Below the pieces are notes generated by a model. It worked only from the letters and a program-made list of their open reading frames with translations, was not told the origin of the DNA and ran no database searches. A stretch of 64,000 nt of DNA from an uncultured Nitrososphaerota archaeon (lineage in GTDB: Archaea; Thermoproteota; Nitrososphaeria; Nitrososphaerales; Nitrosopumilaceae). The stretch lies in assembly GCA_963701075.1 (NCBI GenBank), contig OY969559.1, positions 1,280,001 to 1,344,000 on the forward strand. The letters are read 5' to 3'. A program made the translations under genes and the position numbers. Of this stretch, positions 1 through 9,558 are shown piece after piece; position 1 is the first letter of the stretch, and every line of letters begins with the position of its first letter.

Positions 1-906
1 AACATCTTTTGCATAGTATGGAAGCACTATCTTGCCAGTGTCAGATGCCAGTTTCATGCTGTCTGGTAGGTTTTGCCAGTTCCCATCAAGATAGAAATGA
101 TCTTGCTGCAAACTGGAAGGAAGCGAATATGTCACTGTATTGTCTGGCTGAAACCCTTCTTGATTTCCAATGAAACTTCGACCCGTTGCAAAATCATACC
201 CAAAATAAAGTTCTGGTGTTTCCTGGTCTGAAAATTCATGCGGTACAAGATTTACTAGTGACATGTTAGCATTGACATTTAATCCAAGGGCTTGTGAGCG
301 TTGTTCTAATAATTGCTGTATTGTTGTCTCTGTTATGTTGTAATCTCCTTCTCCAAAGTGCACATGTCTTATGTGTCCAAGATAGTCTGTCATGTATTCT
401 GCAGGCCAGTATCTATTGCCAAAGGCATCCCATGTATTGTGATCACTGTCTAACACGACAGGATATGTTATGTTATATTTTTGTACAGCCATGTTGACAT
501 TGTTGATATCTTTTTCAAATTCAAACTCCGGCGAATGGATTCCAATTATGAGCAACCCCTTGTCTGCATATTTTTCATTCCATTCTTTTAGATATGGAAG
601 TGTTCGTAGACAGTTAATGCAACTGTATGTCCAAAAATCATAAAGCACAACCTTGTTTTTCATAGATTCTTTTAGTGCATCTGGTGTTGTATTGATGTAG
701 CCTGAAATTCCAACTAGATCAGGAGTTAATGGGTATTGACTTTCATCTATTGGTATTGACGATGCGTTGTTAGAAGTTGGCCCAAGCAGGTTTGAGTTTT
801 CATTTATTTCTGGTTTGTCTAGTGACGTAAAGTATGCAGCAATGCCAGCTATTGCTGCTATGATAACTATTCCTGTAATGATTGCGCTTTTGATCTCTTT
901 TTTCAT
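1..906 (-). CDS. DipZ-like membrane-anchored thioredoxin/redoxin protein (3' end runs off the window)
   Basis: Not in the ORF track. Manual translation from ATG at 906: MKKEIKSAIITGIVIIAAIAGIAAYF...KVVLYDFWTYSCINCLRTLPYL...IGIHSPEFEFEK...NRYWPAEY...TPELYFGY, open to position 1. WTYSCINC and HSPEF are DipZ-type motifs; lies directly downstream of ccdA. Confidence 0.9.
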   Translation of the reverse strand, partial: MKKEIKSAIITGIVIIAAIAGIAAYFTSLDKPEINENSNLLGPTSNNASSIPIDESQYPLTPDLVGISGYINTTPDALKESMKNKVVLYDFWTYSCINCLRTLPYLKEWNEKYADKGLLIIGIHSPEFEFEKDINNVNMAVQKYNITYPVVLDSDHNTWDAFGNRYWPAEYMTDYLGHIRHVHFGEGDYNITETTIQQLLEQRSQALGLNVNANMSLVNLVPHEFSDQETPELYFGYDFATGRSFIGNQEGFQPDNTVTYSLPSSLQQDHFYLDGNWQNLPDSMKLASDTGKIVLPYYAKDV

Positions 907-910
907 CTGA

Positions 911-1645
911 TCATCGTCCTAACAAAATATTGTTTAGCAGAGGAAAGCTTGCAATGTCTGCTAACTGGTTTGTGTACACCAAGACTCCAAGTAATACAAT
1001 AAGAGATCCCATGATGATTGAATAGTATTTCAAATGCTTACTCATTGACTTGATGAATCTTGTAAATCTTGAAAAGAATACCCCCATTAGTATGAATGGA
1101 ATTCCAAGCCCCATGGAATAGCTAAGCAACAAAACAAAAGCATGACCTGGTGAAGTAGCCGCCAATGTCAAAATGCTGCCCAAGATGGGACCTATGCATG
1201 GGGTCCAGCCAGTAGCAAAGGCAAGCCCGAAGACAAAAGAGAGAGGGTAGCTTGTTTTTGCTCTGCTTGGAATTATTTTCCTTTCAAAATTTAGCTTGGA
1301 TATCTTTGAAGACAATAACATGAACACTCCAAATGCGATTATTATGATTCCTCCTATGTGGTTAAAGTCCGCAAATAACTTTCCTGTACTAGTTGATACC
1401 ACACTATTGAGTATAACTCCTAGAACTGAAAAAACAACTGTAAACCCAGCCACAAAAAACACTGTATTTAACAAAATATTCAATCGGCTTGCAACAAGAT
1501 TGACTGTACCGTTATTTCTCTGAAGCTCAGACAATGTAGTTCCAGAAATATACGCAAGAAAGGCAGGAATCATGGGTAAAATACAGGGAGCAAGAAAAGA
1601 GCCCAATCCTGCTACAGCTGCAATCCCTATGCTTAGTTCGACCAT
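911..1645 (-). CDS. ccdA: Cytochrome c biogenesis CcdA/DsbD-type transmembrane thiol-disulfide transporter
   Basis: SFLAPCILPMIP and GWTPCIGPILG motifs, about 6 TM helices. Confidence 0.93.
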   Translation of the reverse strand: MVELSIGIAAVAGLGSFLAPCILPMIPAFLAYISGTTLSELQRNNGTVNLVASRLNILLNTVFFVAGFTVVFSVLGVILNSVVSTSTGKLFADFNHIGGIIIIAFGVFMLLSSKISKLNFERKIIPSRAKTSYPLSFVFGLAFATGWTPCIGPILGSILTLAATSPGHAFVLLLSYSMGLGIPFILMGVFFSRFTRFIKSMSKHLKYYSIIMGSLIVLLGVLVYTNQLADIASFPLLNNILLGR

Positions 1646-1844
1646 GTAACTAGATGGTGTCTTTTTTTATTAATACCTTGTTCCAAATCTAATCCAAATC
1701 CCATCCATGTTTTTTGAGCAAAAACTTCTCACGTAATACCAAGAAATTGTAATGGCAATAGATGATCTGTTGGTATCATAGAGCGCATATGCAAACTAAT
1801 TCTATATGAACAAGATTCTAAATTGATGAAACACTTGATAAGAT

Positions 1845-1964
1845 ATGTCTTCAATAGAATCAGACGAATCAAATCAATCTGCATCTGCTGCCGAAATCCA
1901 AGAAGAGACTCCGGAAATAGATGCAAATGTAGATGAACAAGAGGAAACTCCAGAATTAGAATAG
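1845..1964 (+). CDS. Putative 39-aa highly acidic micro-protein
   Basis: ATG 1845 to TAG 1964: MSSIESDESNQSASAAEIQEETPEIDANVDEQEETPELE. Internal QEETPE repeat with synonymous codon differences; sits in an otherwise empty gap. Confidence 0.45.
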   Translation: MSSIESDESNQSASAAEIQEETPEIDANVDEQEETPELE

Positions 1965-2070
1965 ATGCATTTCTAATTTCTGTTCTTCTTTATTTATGAA
2001 ATTGGAAAAAATAATTTTCTGGTATCTTTGATAGTTTGCCTATTTCTAGTTCTTCAATCTAAACTTCAAG

Positions 2071-3201
2071 TCATGTGATTCCAAACTTTTTTCCTGCCTT
2101 TTCGAACACATCAAGCGATCTTGCGATGGTATTATCTGTCAGCCATGAAGTAACAGAAATTCGAATTCTTGCAGTACCTAGTTCTACGGTGGGATACCTT
2201 ATTGGCTGTACAAAAATGCCATTATTTGATAAATACTGCCCAAACTCTATGGCCTTTTTCTCATCTCCGATTATTATAGGGATGATCTGGCTCTGAGAGC
2301 CTATTTGGTACCCACTTGACCCTAGGCCTTTTCTCATCATGCGGACATTTTTCCACAGTTTGATTCTTTTTTGTTCCCTGTCTGAGGACATTTTGTCTAG
2401 TGATGCCTGTACTAGAAAGTTTGGCAACGCAGAAGTGTAGATAAAAGGCCTTGAGGTGTTTATGGCAAGTTCTATGACTTCTTTTTTTGAGGCAACATAT
2501 CCACCAAATGCGCCAAGGCCCTTGCTAAGACTGCTGATGTATACATCTATTTTTTTAGACACCCCGAGATACTCTGCAGATCCTCGTCCGTCAGTTCCTG
2601 CAACAAAATCCCCGTGTGCGTCATCTAGGATCAAAAATGCACTGTATTTTTTGCACAACTCGGAGATCTCTTTTAACTTTGAAAAATCTCCGTTCATGGA
2701 AAAGATTCCTTCTGTAACTACAAACTTGCGCCGCCTATCTTTTCTTAGTTTTTTTTCCAAGTCTTGCATGTTGTTATGTTTGTAGATTGTCTTTTTTGCA
2801 TGTGATAACCTGCAGGAATCTATTATGCTTGCATGATTGAGCTCATCACTTAATATCAAATCGTCTTTTTGTGGCAAGATTGAAATAATTCCCAAGTTTG
2901 CCATGTATCCCGTTGGAAAAGTAAGCGCAGCCTCTTGGCGTTTATGTCTTGCAAGTTTAGATTCTAGTTTTTTAAATAAATTGTCGTTGCCTGCCACAAG
3001 CCTTGAGCTTGACTGGACCTGCATCGACGTGATCTTGGTGTGCCCTAGTCCAAGATAATCATTAGAGGACAAATTGACAAGTTTTTTTCCTTTTATGAAA
3101 ATATATGGGCCTAAAACTTTGTTGTCAAGCAGACTGCGATATAGATTAGATCTTTTTATCGCAGCCAGTCTTGCATTTATGAAATTAAACTTAGGCTTCA
3201 A
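2071..3201 (-). CDS. bioF: 8-amino-7-oxononanoate synthase
   Basis: SSNDYLGL, DELNHASIID, DDAHG and SLSKGLG (PLP lysine); biotin cluster context. Confidence 0.95.
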   Translation of the reverse strand: MKPKFNFINARLAAIKRSNLYRSLLDNKVLGPYIFIKGKKLVNLSSNDYLGLGHTKITSMQVQSSSRLVAGNDNLFKKLESKLARHKRQEAALTFPTGYMANLGIISILPQKDDLILSDELNHASIIDSCRLSHAKKTIYKHNNMQDLEKKLRKDRRRKFVVTEGIFSMNGDFSKLKEISELCKKYSAFLILDDAHGDFVAGTDGRGSAEYLGVSKKIDVYISSLSKGLGAFGGYVASKKEVIELAINTSRPFIYTSALPNFLVQASLDKMSSDREQKRIKLWKNVRMMRKGLGSSGYQIGSQSQIIPIIIGDEKKAIEFGQYLSNNGIFVQPIRYPTVELGTARIRISVTSWLTDNTIARSLDVFEKAGKKFGIT

Positions 3202-4171
3202 GGCCTATCTTTGATATCATGTTAAAGTCCTCAACTGGAGAGTTTCCACCTATTGTCAGGTATCCTCCAGTGATGATGCCGTTGGCACCTCCAAGAAGAG
3301 CTTTTTCCTGTTCGCTTGAAAGATACACTTCTCTACCACCAGCTATCTTCAAGATGGTTCTTGGCATTAGAAATCTAAAGACAGCTATCGTGCGCAGAAT
3401 CTCTGACAGGGGAAGTCTTGGCTGAATCTCAAGCGGAGTTCCCTTTTGTGGAACAAGTATGTTTATTGGACATTCCTCAGGACTGAGGTTTGCCAAGTCA
3501 AGGCCAAGCTCTAGTCTTTGCATTCTTGTCTCTCCCATTCCAATGATTCCACCGCAGCATAGTTCAAGACCTACTTTCTTTATTGTCACGTTAGTATTCA
3601 TCCTGTCATCATATGTATGCGTCGTGCATATTTTAGAAAAGAAACTTCTTGATGCTTCTAGATTGTGATTGTATCGCTTCACTCCTAATTTTTTGAGTTG
3701 CAATGCCATGCTCTCATCTATGAATCCAAGAGAGCAGTTTACCTCAATTCCGACTTTATCGTTTATCTCTTTTATGATGTCACAAATCTGGGCAAAATCG
3801 TTCTGAGTTGGGCCTCGCCATGCACAAACAAGGCAAAAGCTCTTAACTCCATCTTCTTTTGACATTTTAGCATTTTGAACTATAATGTCAGCTGGCAATA
3901 GCTTGTATGTGTCAATCCCGCTCTTGTAGAATACCGATTGGGAACAAAATGTACAGTCCTCTTGACATTTTCCTTTTTTTGCATTGATTAGAGATTCTAC
4001 ATCTACCAGATTTCCACTTATCTTGCGCGTGATCTCATTTGCAGCATCTGATAAAAATTGTAATGACTCTTCTGAAACGTTGACAAGTTTTTCAGCGTCT
4101 TGAGCTGTAATGCCCTGCCCTGATAATATTTTGTCCCTACATAAAATGATAAATTCATGTTCTGAATTCAT
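3191..4171 (-). CDS. bioB: Biotin synthase (radical SAM)
   Basis: CQEDCTFCSQS (CxxxCxxC), YNHNLE, CCGGIIGMGE, IAGGRE. Confidence 0.97.
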   Translation of the reverse strand: MNSEHEFIILCRDKILSGQGITAQDAEKLVNVSEESLQFLSDAANEITRKISGNLVDVESLINAKKGKCQEDCTFCSQSVFYKSGIDTYKLLPADIIVQNAKMSKEDGVKSFCLVCAWRGPTQNDFAQICDIIKEINDKVGIEVNCSLGFIDESMALQLKKLGVKRYNHNLEASRSFFSKICTTHTYDDRMNTNVTIKKVGLELCCGGIIGMGETRMQRLELGLDLANLSPEECPINILVPQKGTPLEIQPRLPLSEILRTIAVFRFLMPRTILKIAGGREVYLSSEQEKALLGGANGIITGGYLTIGGNSPVEDFNMISKIGLEA

Positions 4172-4266
4172 GGAATGATTTTTTTGGGTTCTATTAATTA
4201 AGATTGTTATGGTAAACTGACTAGATCTTACCGGTTTACTATTTTGAAACGTTGGGTAGGTTCAAA

Positions 4267-5583
4267 TCACAATATTTTTTCTGTGACTTTTTTTATGGTA
4301 TCTATTACACCGTTAACCAAAAAGTCAAGCTCATCTTCTGGTATGGCCAGAGGAGGCACAATCATTACTATGGACCCAAGTGTTCTTAGGTAAATTTTGT
4401 GTTTTTTTGCTTCACTGAAAATTCTCTGGTGTATGTGTTTTTCAGGTGAGATTGGAGACTTTGTTGCCTTGTTACTGACAAGTTCTATTCCCATGATCAT
4501 TCCCTTGTGTCTTACATCGCCAACTAGATCCAGTCCTGAAATCTCGTCAATTCGCCTTTGAAGATACAAAGAACTTTTTTTGATCTTTGAAATGATATTG
4601 TATTTTTTGTAAAGTGCAAGGTTTGTAATTGCAGTTGCACAAGCCAAGGGATTTCCAGTGAAAGTATGCCCATGGAAAAAATGCTTCATTTCTTGATGCT
4701 GTCCTAAAAATGCGTCGTAGACTTTCTTGTTTGCTAGCGTGACTGCAAGTGGCAAATAACCAGCTGTTAGCATTTTGCCAAAGGATACAATGTCAGGGGT
4801 GCTTTCTTGGCTTTGATATTCCATCATGGACCCTAGTCTCCCAAAACCTGTGGCAATCTCATCTAGTATGAATAAAACGCCATGTTTTCTGCACAGGGTG
4901 CCAATCTTTTTCTGAAAACCATCAGGATATATTGTAATGCCGCCAGCTATCTGGGCTCCGCTTTCCATGACAAAAGCCGCAATGTTGTCATTTCGTGAAA
5001 GTGTTTTTTCTATTTTTTCCATGCAATGGTTTTGAAATTCCTCAAAAGTAAAACCATTTGGAATTCTGTAACTATTTGGAGACGGGATGCTAATTACAGG
5101 AAATAAAATAGATTTGTATTTTGAAAAAAACAACGGAACATATCCCAATGACATTGCGCCGGTGGTGTCTCCGTGATACCCATTTTCAAGTGTGACAAAC
5201 TTTGTTTTTTTCTTCTCGCCATTGTTGTGCCAATATTGTAACGCCATCTTTGCAGAAACTTCCATGGCAGTAGAGCCGTCATCTGAATAAAACACCTTGT
5301 ACATGTCAGGTGCCAATCTCACAAGTTTTGACGCAAGCTCTTCTGCCTTGTCATTTGTAAGATTGAAAAGAGACGAGTGCTGCAGTTTCCTTGTCTGCTT
5401 TATCATTGATTTCACTAGTTCGTCTCTGGAATGACCCCATACATTGCACCACATGCTTGCAACTCCATCTAGCAGACGGTTTCCTTTAGAGTCATAAAGC
5501 CACATTCCTTTTCCTCGTACAATGACATCAAAGTTTGGCCACTCATTCATCTGAGTATATGGATGCCAAACGTAGCTGTGCAT
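4267..5583 (-). CDS. bioA: Adenosylmethionine-8-amino-7-oxononanoate aminotransferase
   Basis: VWHPYTQM, GYHGDT, DEIATGFGR, SFGKMLTAGYLP, FFHGHTFTGNP. Confidence 0.96.
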   Translation of the reverse strand: MHSYVWHPYTQMNEWPNFDVIVRGKGMWLYDSKGNRLLDGVASMWCNVWGHSRDELVKSMIKQTRKLQHSSLFNLTNDKAEELASKLVRLAPDMYKVFYSDDGSTAMEVSAKMALQYWHNNGEKKKTKFVTLENGYHGDTTGAMSLGYVPLFFSKYKSILFPVISIPSPNSYRIPNGFTFEEFQNHCMEKIEKTLSRNDNIAAFVMESGAQIAGGITIYPDGFQKKIGTLCRKHGVLFILDEIATGFGRLGSMMEYQSQESTPDIVSFGKMLTAGYLPLAVTLANKKVYDAFLGQHQEMKHFFHGHTFTGNPLACATAITNLALYKKYNIISKIKKSSLYLQRRIDEISGLDLVGDVRHKGMIMGIELVSNKATKSPISPEKHIHQRIFSEAKKHKIYLRTLGSIVMIVPPLAIPEDELDFLVNGVIDTIKKVTEKIL

Positions 5584-5646
5584 GTGGGAGTCTCTAAACT
5601 TGTCGCATTAATAATGATGCGGTGAATTATTAAATAACATCTGCAA

Positions 5647-6348
5647 TTGTTTGCTGTGAAATCATATTTTATCACTGGTACCGATACTGGAGTTGGCAAG
5701 ACTGCAATCACTGCTGCACTTGCAGCGTCTCTTAGAAGGCGTGATATTGATGTAGGTGTAATGAAGCCGATTGCAAGCGGGGCTCCTCAGAAAACTGGAT
5801 TCAAGTCATCTGATGCTGCATTATTGCATGAAGCCGCAAAAGTAAACGATACCGAAGAGATGATAAACCCTATCTTTCTCCCCCTGCCTACTTCTCCATA
5901 TGACGCAACCAAGATCCTAAATCTGAAAATCGATATGAATACAATATTTGAAAGGTTTCAACATCTTCTAAAGGCGCACCAAATGCTGCTTGTAGAGGGA
6001 ATTGGGGGCATCATGACTCCGATTACAAGGAATTTTTTTGTTGCAGACATGATAAAAAAGATGGGGCTAGAAACCATTATTGTGACACGATCAACTTTGG
6101 GAACACTGAACCACACTGTGATGACGTTTATGATGTGCAAAGAGTATGGAATTGCAGTCAAGGGCATGATAATTAATTACTTTGATGAAAAAGGCAGTCT
6201 TGCAGAAAGAAATGCCCCGTCTACTTTACACGAAATCACAGGACTGCCAATTCTTGGCATAATTCCTTTTGTAAAGGACTATCAAAAACTAGACACGATG
6301 ACAAGTGTTGTGGAAAAAAACATCGACTTGAATTTGTTTATATCCTGA
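5647..6348 (+). CDS. bioD: Dethiobiotin synthase
   Basis: FITGTDTGVGKT, MKPIASG, VEGIGG, LGTLNHT. Confidence 0.96.
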   Translation: MFAVKSYFITGTDTGVGKTAITAALAASLRRRDIDVGVMKPIASGAPQKTGFKSSDAALLHEAAKVNDTEEMINPIFLPLPTSPYDATKILNLKIDMNTIFERFQHLLKAHQMLLVEGIGGIMTPITRNFFVADMIKKMGLETIIVTRSTLGTLNHTVMTFMMCKEYGIAVKGMIINYFDEKGSLAERNAPSTLHEITGLPILGIIPFVKDYQKLDTMTSVVEKNIDLNLFIS

Positions 6349-6892
6349 AGATCTTAAGCCTTGATTGTTTCTTGTTTGACAAGAAACTGATTAGGTCATT
6401 GATTATGTTAGCAAAGGTGAACTTGTCGTCATCTATGGAGTAAACCTTGGCGTCTGCTGAAATGGGTTTGTCTGTGACAATCCATATGTTTTCAGATTTT
6501 GGCTGGATCTTCTTTAGTTTATCCACCTGCTCCTTTATTGTTTGCATTTGGTCAGTCTTTGAAAAGCAAATGATGACAACGTCCTCTGGTGAAGAGGAAA
6601 GAGTTCTAGCATCCGGCACTACAACGTCAATATCTGTGGTACCAAGTGTTGTCTTGCGCTGACTTGGAATGAGGGCAACTGTTAACATGTAATGAGTGAG
6701 TCCTTCTGCTAAAGCACCACGAGTTTCTGGCTTGTTGCCTCCTACCTTATCAAGATTGGGCATACAATGGCTAAAAATTGTACTTATGGCATCTGAGCTT
6801 TCACCCTGCGCTATAGCTGAAAGTATTCTTTTCTCTTGATAGTCAGAGATGGCCTGATAAAGTATGTCTTTGATCTCCAATACATGTTTCAA
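6338..6892 (-). CDS. Hypothetical protein
   Basis: 184-aa ORF with globular composition, convergent with bioD; no firm motif. Confidence 0.7.
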   Translation of the reverse strand: MKHVLEIKDILYQAISDYQEKRILSAIAQGESSDAISTIFSHCMPNLDKVGGNKPETRGALAEGLTHYMLTVALIPSQRKTTLGTTDIDVVVPDARTLSSSPEDVVIICFSKTDQMQTIKEQVDKLKKIQPKSENIWIVTDKPISADAKVYSIDDDKFTFANIINDLISFLSNKKQSRLKIFRI

Positions 6893-6994
6893 ATGCCACG
6901 ATGATAATTAAAAGATAATCAATAAACCCAAAACATGAAAATCAAACACTGCTTTAAATTGGTAAATATATTGATCAATCTAGATTAAGAACGA

Positions 6995-7477
6995 ATGATA
7001 CGAATCGAAGCAGAACTTCCAAGAGATGACCTGATGGGAGTTAGTGACGCGCTTAGGATAATTGATGTCTCTGTTAACATAACCAAGGTAAAGGGCAGGG
7101 GAAAAGGTGTAGGTTCTAAGGTTCATGCCGCAAAAGGCACAGAAATGCACAGATCAGAATTTCAGGACAAGTATATCGTACAAGTGACTACACCTGATAG
7201 TATGGAAAATGACGTAATTGAAATAATACAATCAAACTCAAAAACTGGCAAGATAACGATTTTTCCAGTATCTAGGGTAATAGATATTGGCTCTGGTGTG
7301 GAAAATGAGCAGGCACTTGCACTTAATGAATATGATAGTGTGATATTGGCTGCGGCAAAGAACCAAAACACATCGTTTCCATTTGGAGTTGCTGCAGAAA
7401 AGGTCAAGTTCTCCCCGCCTCATACCGAGGGAGAAAGGGATACTATGACGTCATTGAAAAGAAATTTGTTCCTTTGA
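6995..7477 (+). CDS. Divergent P-II family (GlnB/GlnK-like) signalling protein with about 50-aa C-terminal extension
   Basis: PII pattern: IEA...V.DAL, VKGRGK, T-loop, EF..K, GKI.I.PV.RVI.I..G.E.E.AL; the PII-like part ends near aa 108. Confidence 0.8.
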   Translation: MIRIEAELPRDDLMGVSDALRIIDVSVNITKVKGRGKGVGSKVHAAKGTEMHRSEFQDKYIVQVTTPDSMENDVIEIIQSNSKTGKITIFPVSRVIDIGSGVENEQALALNEYDSVILAAAKNQNTSFPFGVAAEKVKFSPPHTEGERDTMTSLKRNLFL

Positions 7478-8250
7478 ACGTGTTAGAGTCTGTAATTTAT
7501 CACGTCAAACCAGTTGAAAGATTCCAAATTCTCTCTGCTGATGATCAGGTGGTAATAGAAAGTATGACTAGGGTGAAAAGAAATTTCTCTTTGTATAAAA
7601 TGAAGATGTCTGATTCATACTCGCAGGCCTTTCTGAAATATGTAGCAAGTAGATTTTTGAGTCTTTGGCCCGAACAAGAGATCAATGCTACGATTCTTTA
7701 TGTGGATATAGTTGGTTCAACCAAACTTGCGACACTGCTAAGCTCAGAAGAACTTTCTGGAGTAATCAAAGTGTTCTCAGAGGAAATGTCAGTCATAGTG
7801 TCAAAGCATGCAGGCTTTGTGCTAAAATATGCAGGTGACGCAGTGATTGCTTTTTTTCCAGAACTTCGAGACTTTGGAAACATGGCAGAAAATGCTGTAA
7901 GGTGTGCAAATTCCATGAATATGCTCATAAAACATTCCATCAATCCAATCTTTACCAGTCTTGGCCTTCCTACCATAAGTGTACGAATAGGGATAGATAC
8001 TGGCAAAAACCGAATCGTCTTTCTTGGCTCTGACCCTGATCTGATTGGACACAGCATTACAATTGTTTCAAAAATATTGCCTCTTGCTCAACCAAACCAA
8101 ATTACGGTGGGAGATACCGCATACAAGATATTGTCTTCTGATATGGCAGAACAATTTACAAAAATCAATCCTGATGATAAAAGGTGGAACTATACTCATC
8201 CTGGAACGGGAGAGATTTATCCAATCTACTTTTCAAGACATTTGTTGTAG
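7474..8250 (+). CDS. Class III adenylate/guanylate cyclase domain protein
   Basis: TILYVDIVGSTKL, LKYAGDAVIAFF, VRIGIDTG, DLIGHSITIVSKI; TTG start overlaps the PII TGA stop (TTGA). Confidence 0.9.
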   Translation: MNVLESVIYHVKPVERFQILSADDQVVIESMTRVKRNFSLYKMKMSDSYSQAFLKYVASRFLSLWPEQEINATILYVDIVGSTKLATLLSSEELSGVIKVFSEEMSVIVSKHAGFVLKYAGDAVIAFFPELRDFGNMAENAVRCANSMNMLIKHSINPIFTSLGLPTISVRIGIDTGKNRIVFLGSDPDLIGHSITIVSKILPLAQPNQITVGDTAYKILSSDMAEQFTKINPDDKRWNYTHPGTGEIYPIYFSRHLL

Positions 8251-8291
8251 GTACCAAACCTCAAGGCATTGATTGAAAAGCAAAATATTTT

Positions 8292-8879
8292 TTATCTCTT
8301 GAATTTTTTGTCAGTAAATCTTGTCAGCCCTAACCTTTTGAGCTCTTCTGATTCTCTTACGACTGACTTGTGTTGGTCCTCTTTGTACTGTTTCAATTTT
8401 TTTTGCAGGTCTGAAAACTCATTTGCTAGTATCTTGACTGCATAAAGGCCTGCATTTGCAGCCTTGTTTACTCCAACTGTTACAACAGGCGAGCCAGTGG
8501 GCATCTCTGATATTGACAGTAACGAATCCAGTCCTCCAAAGGCAGAAAACTTGAAACGGTCTGATTGACCCTTGTCGTTGTAAACCATTATTGGTACCCC
8601 TATTACCGGTATTATGGTATGTGATGCGATCATTCCTGGCAAATGTGCCGAACCTCCGGCTCCTGCAATTATTATTTTGAATCCCTCTTTTTCTGCATGT
8701 TTTGCATAATCTGATAACCTTGTAGGAGTTCTGTGAGCTGATACAATCTGGTCCTCATGCTTGATTCCAAACTCATCTAGAATTGTTGCTGCTGAGTGCA
8801 TTACTTTGCTGTCAGAGCTTGATCCCATGATAATTCCAACAAGAGGCTTTTTTGAATAAGTCATAAGATCCTGGAACAC
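8292..8879 (-). CDS. purE: N5-CAIR mutase
   Basis: IIMGSSSD, SAHRTP, AGAGGSAHLPGM, GGLDSLLSISEMPTG. Confidence 0.97.
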   Translation of the reverse strand: MFQDLMTYSKKPLVGIIMGSSSDSKVMHSAATILDEFGIKHEDQIVSAHRTPTRLSDYAKHAEKEGFKIIIAGAGGSAHLPGMIASHTIIPVIGVPIMVYNDKGQSDRFKFSAFGGLDSLLSISEMPTGSPVVTVGVNKAANAGLYAVKILANEFSDLQKKLKQYKEDQHKSVVRESEELKRLGLTRFTDKKFKR

Positions 8880-8992
8880 TGATTTTTAATAAACTCAGCT
8901 ATTTGTTTTACGATGTGCAAGAACAAAATTTGTTTTAAGAGGCTAGGATTCAAACTTTTAAATTATATGCAAGAAGATTTTCATCATTCTTT

Positions 8993-9556
8993 ATGCAGAA
9001 TTCACCCCTTGAAGTGAGACGAGCGTTTGGGCTCCTGTTTGTAGGAGTTGCGATATCTGTCGGCTCTGCTTCCATTATAAGCGAGATTGCATTTGAACAC
9101 CACGATCCAATTTACTATTATGTCATAATCTGGCTTGGCAGCTTTGCAGTAACATTTGGGGCCATTTTTGGCAAGTTCAGACACGTACTTCCATCTGTGA
9201 GGGGAAGGATGAAAAATAGTGTAAAGTGGCCAGGTCCGGTAAAGGCAATAAACGGACTTTGCTGGGCGACACCATTTGCAATGATAGGTGTTTTTCCACC
9301 GCTGTATCAATATCTCATTTTACTTGGGATAGGACTAGGCAATGCATCAACATATGTGTTCATGAAAAAATTCAGCGGCCTTGCAAACCACGAGCAGATA
9401 ATAGTGGCTGCCATCTCACTTGTAGCAATCCCGATTGCTGTTTTTATAGACACATCATTTGTATCAAACCAAACTGTTGCAGTAATAGTATCTAGACTTA
9501 TGATAGCGGCAGCATATGGCGCAGGAGGAATCTATGCTCTTGTTGCTAAAAAGTAA
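8993..9556 (+). CDS. Hypothetical multi-pass membrane protein (about 6 TM)
   Basis: 187-aa hydrophobic ORF between purE and purK on the opposite strand. Confidence 0.8.
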   Translation: MQNSPLEVRRAFGLLFVGVAISVGSASIISEIAFEHHDPIYYYVIIWLGSFAVTFGAIFGKFRHVLPSVRGRMKNSVKWPGPVKAINGLCWATPFAMIGVFPPLYQYLILLGIGLGNASTYVFMKKFSGLANHEQIIVAAISLVAIPIAVFIDTSFVSNQTVAVIVSRLMIAAAYGAGGIYALVAKK

Positions 9557-9558
9557 AC

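Noticed and set aside
294-497. Cys-rich 67-aa plus-strand ORF
   Set aside because: Antisense to the DipZ-like gene, which has clear motifs.
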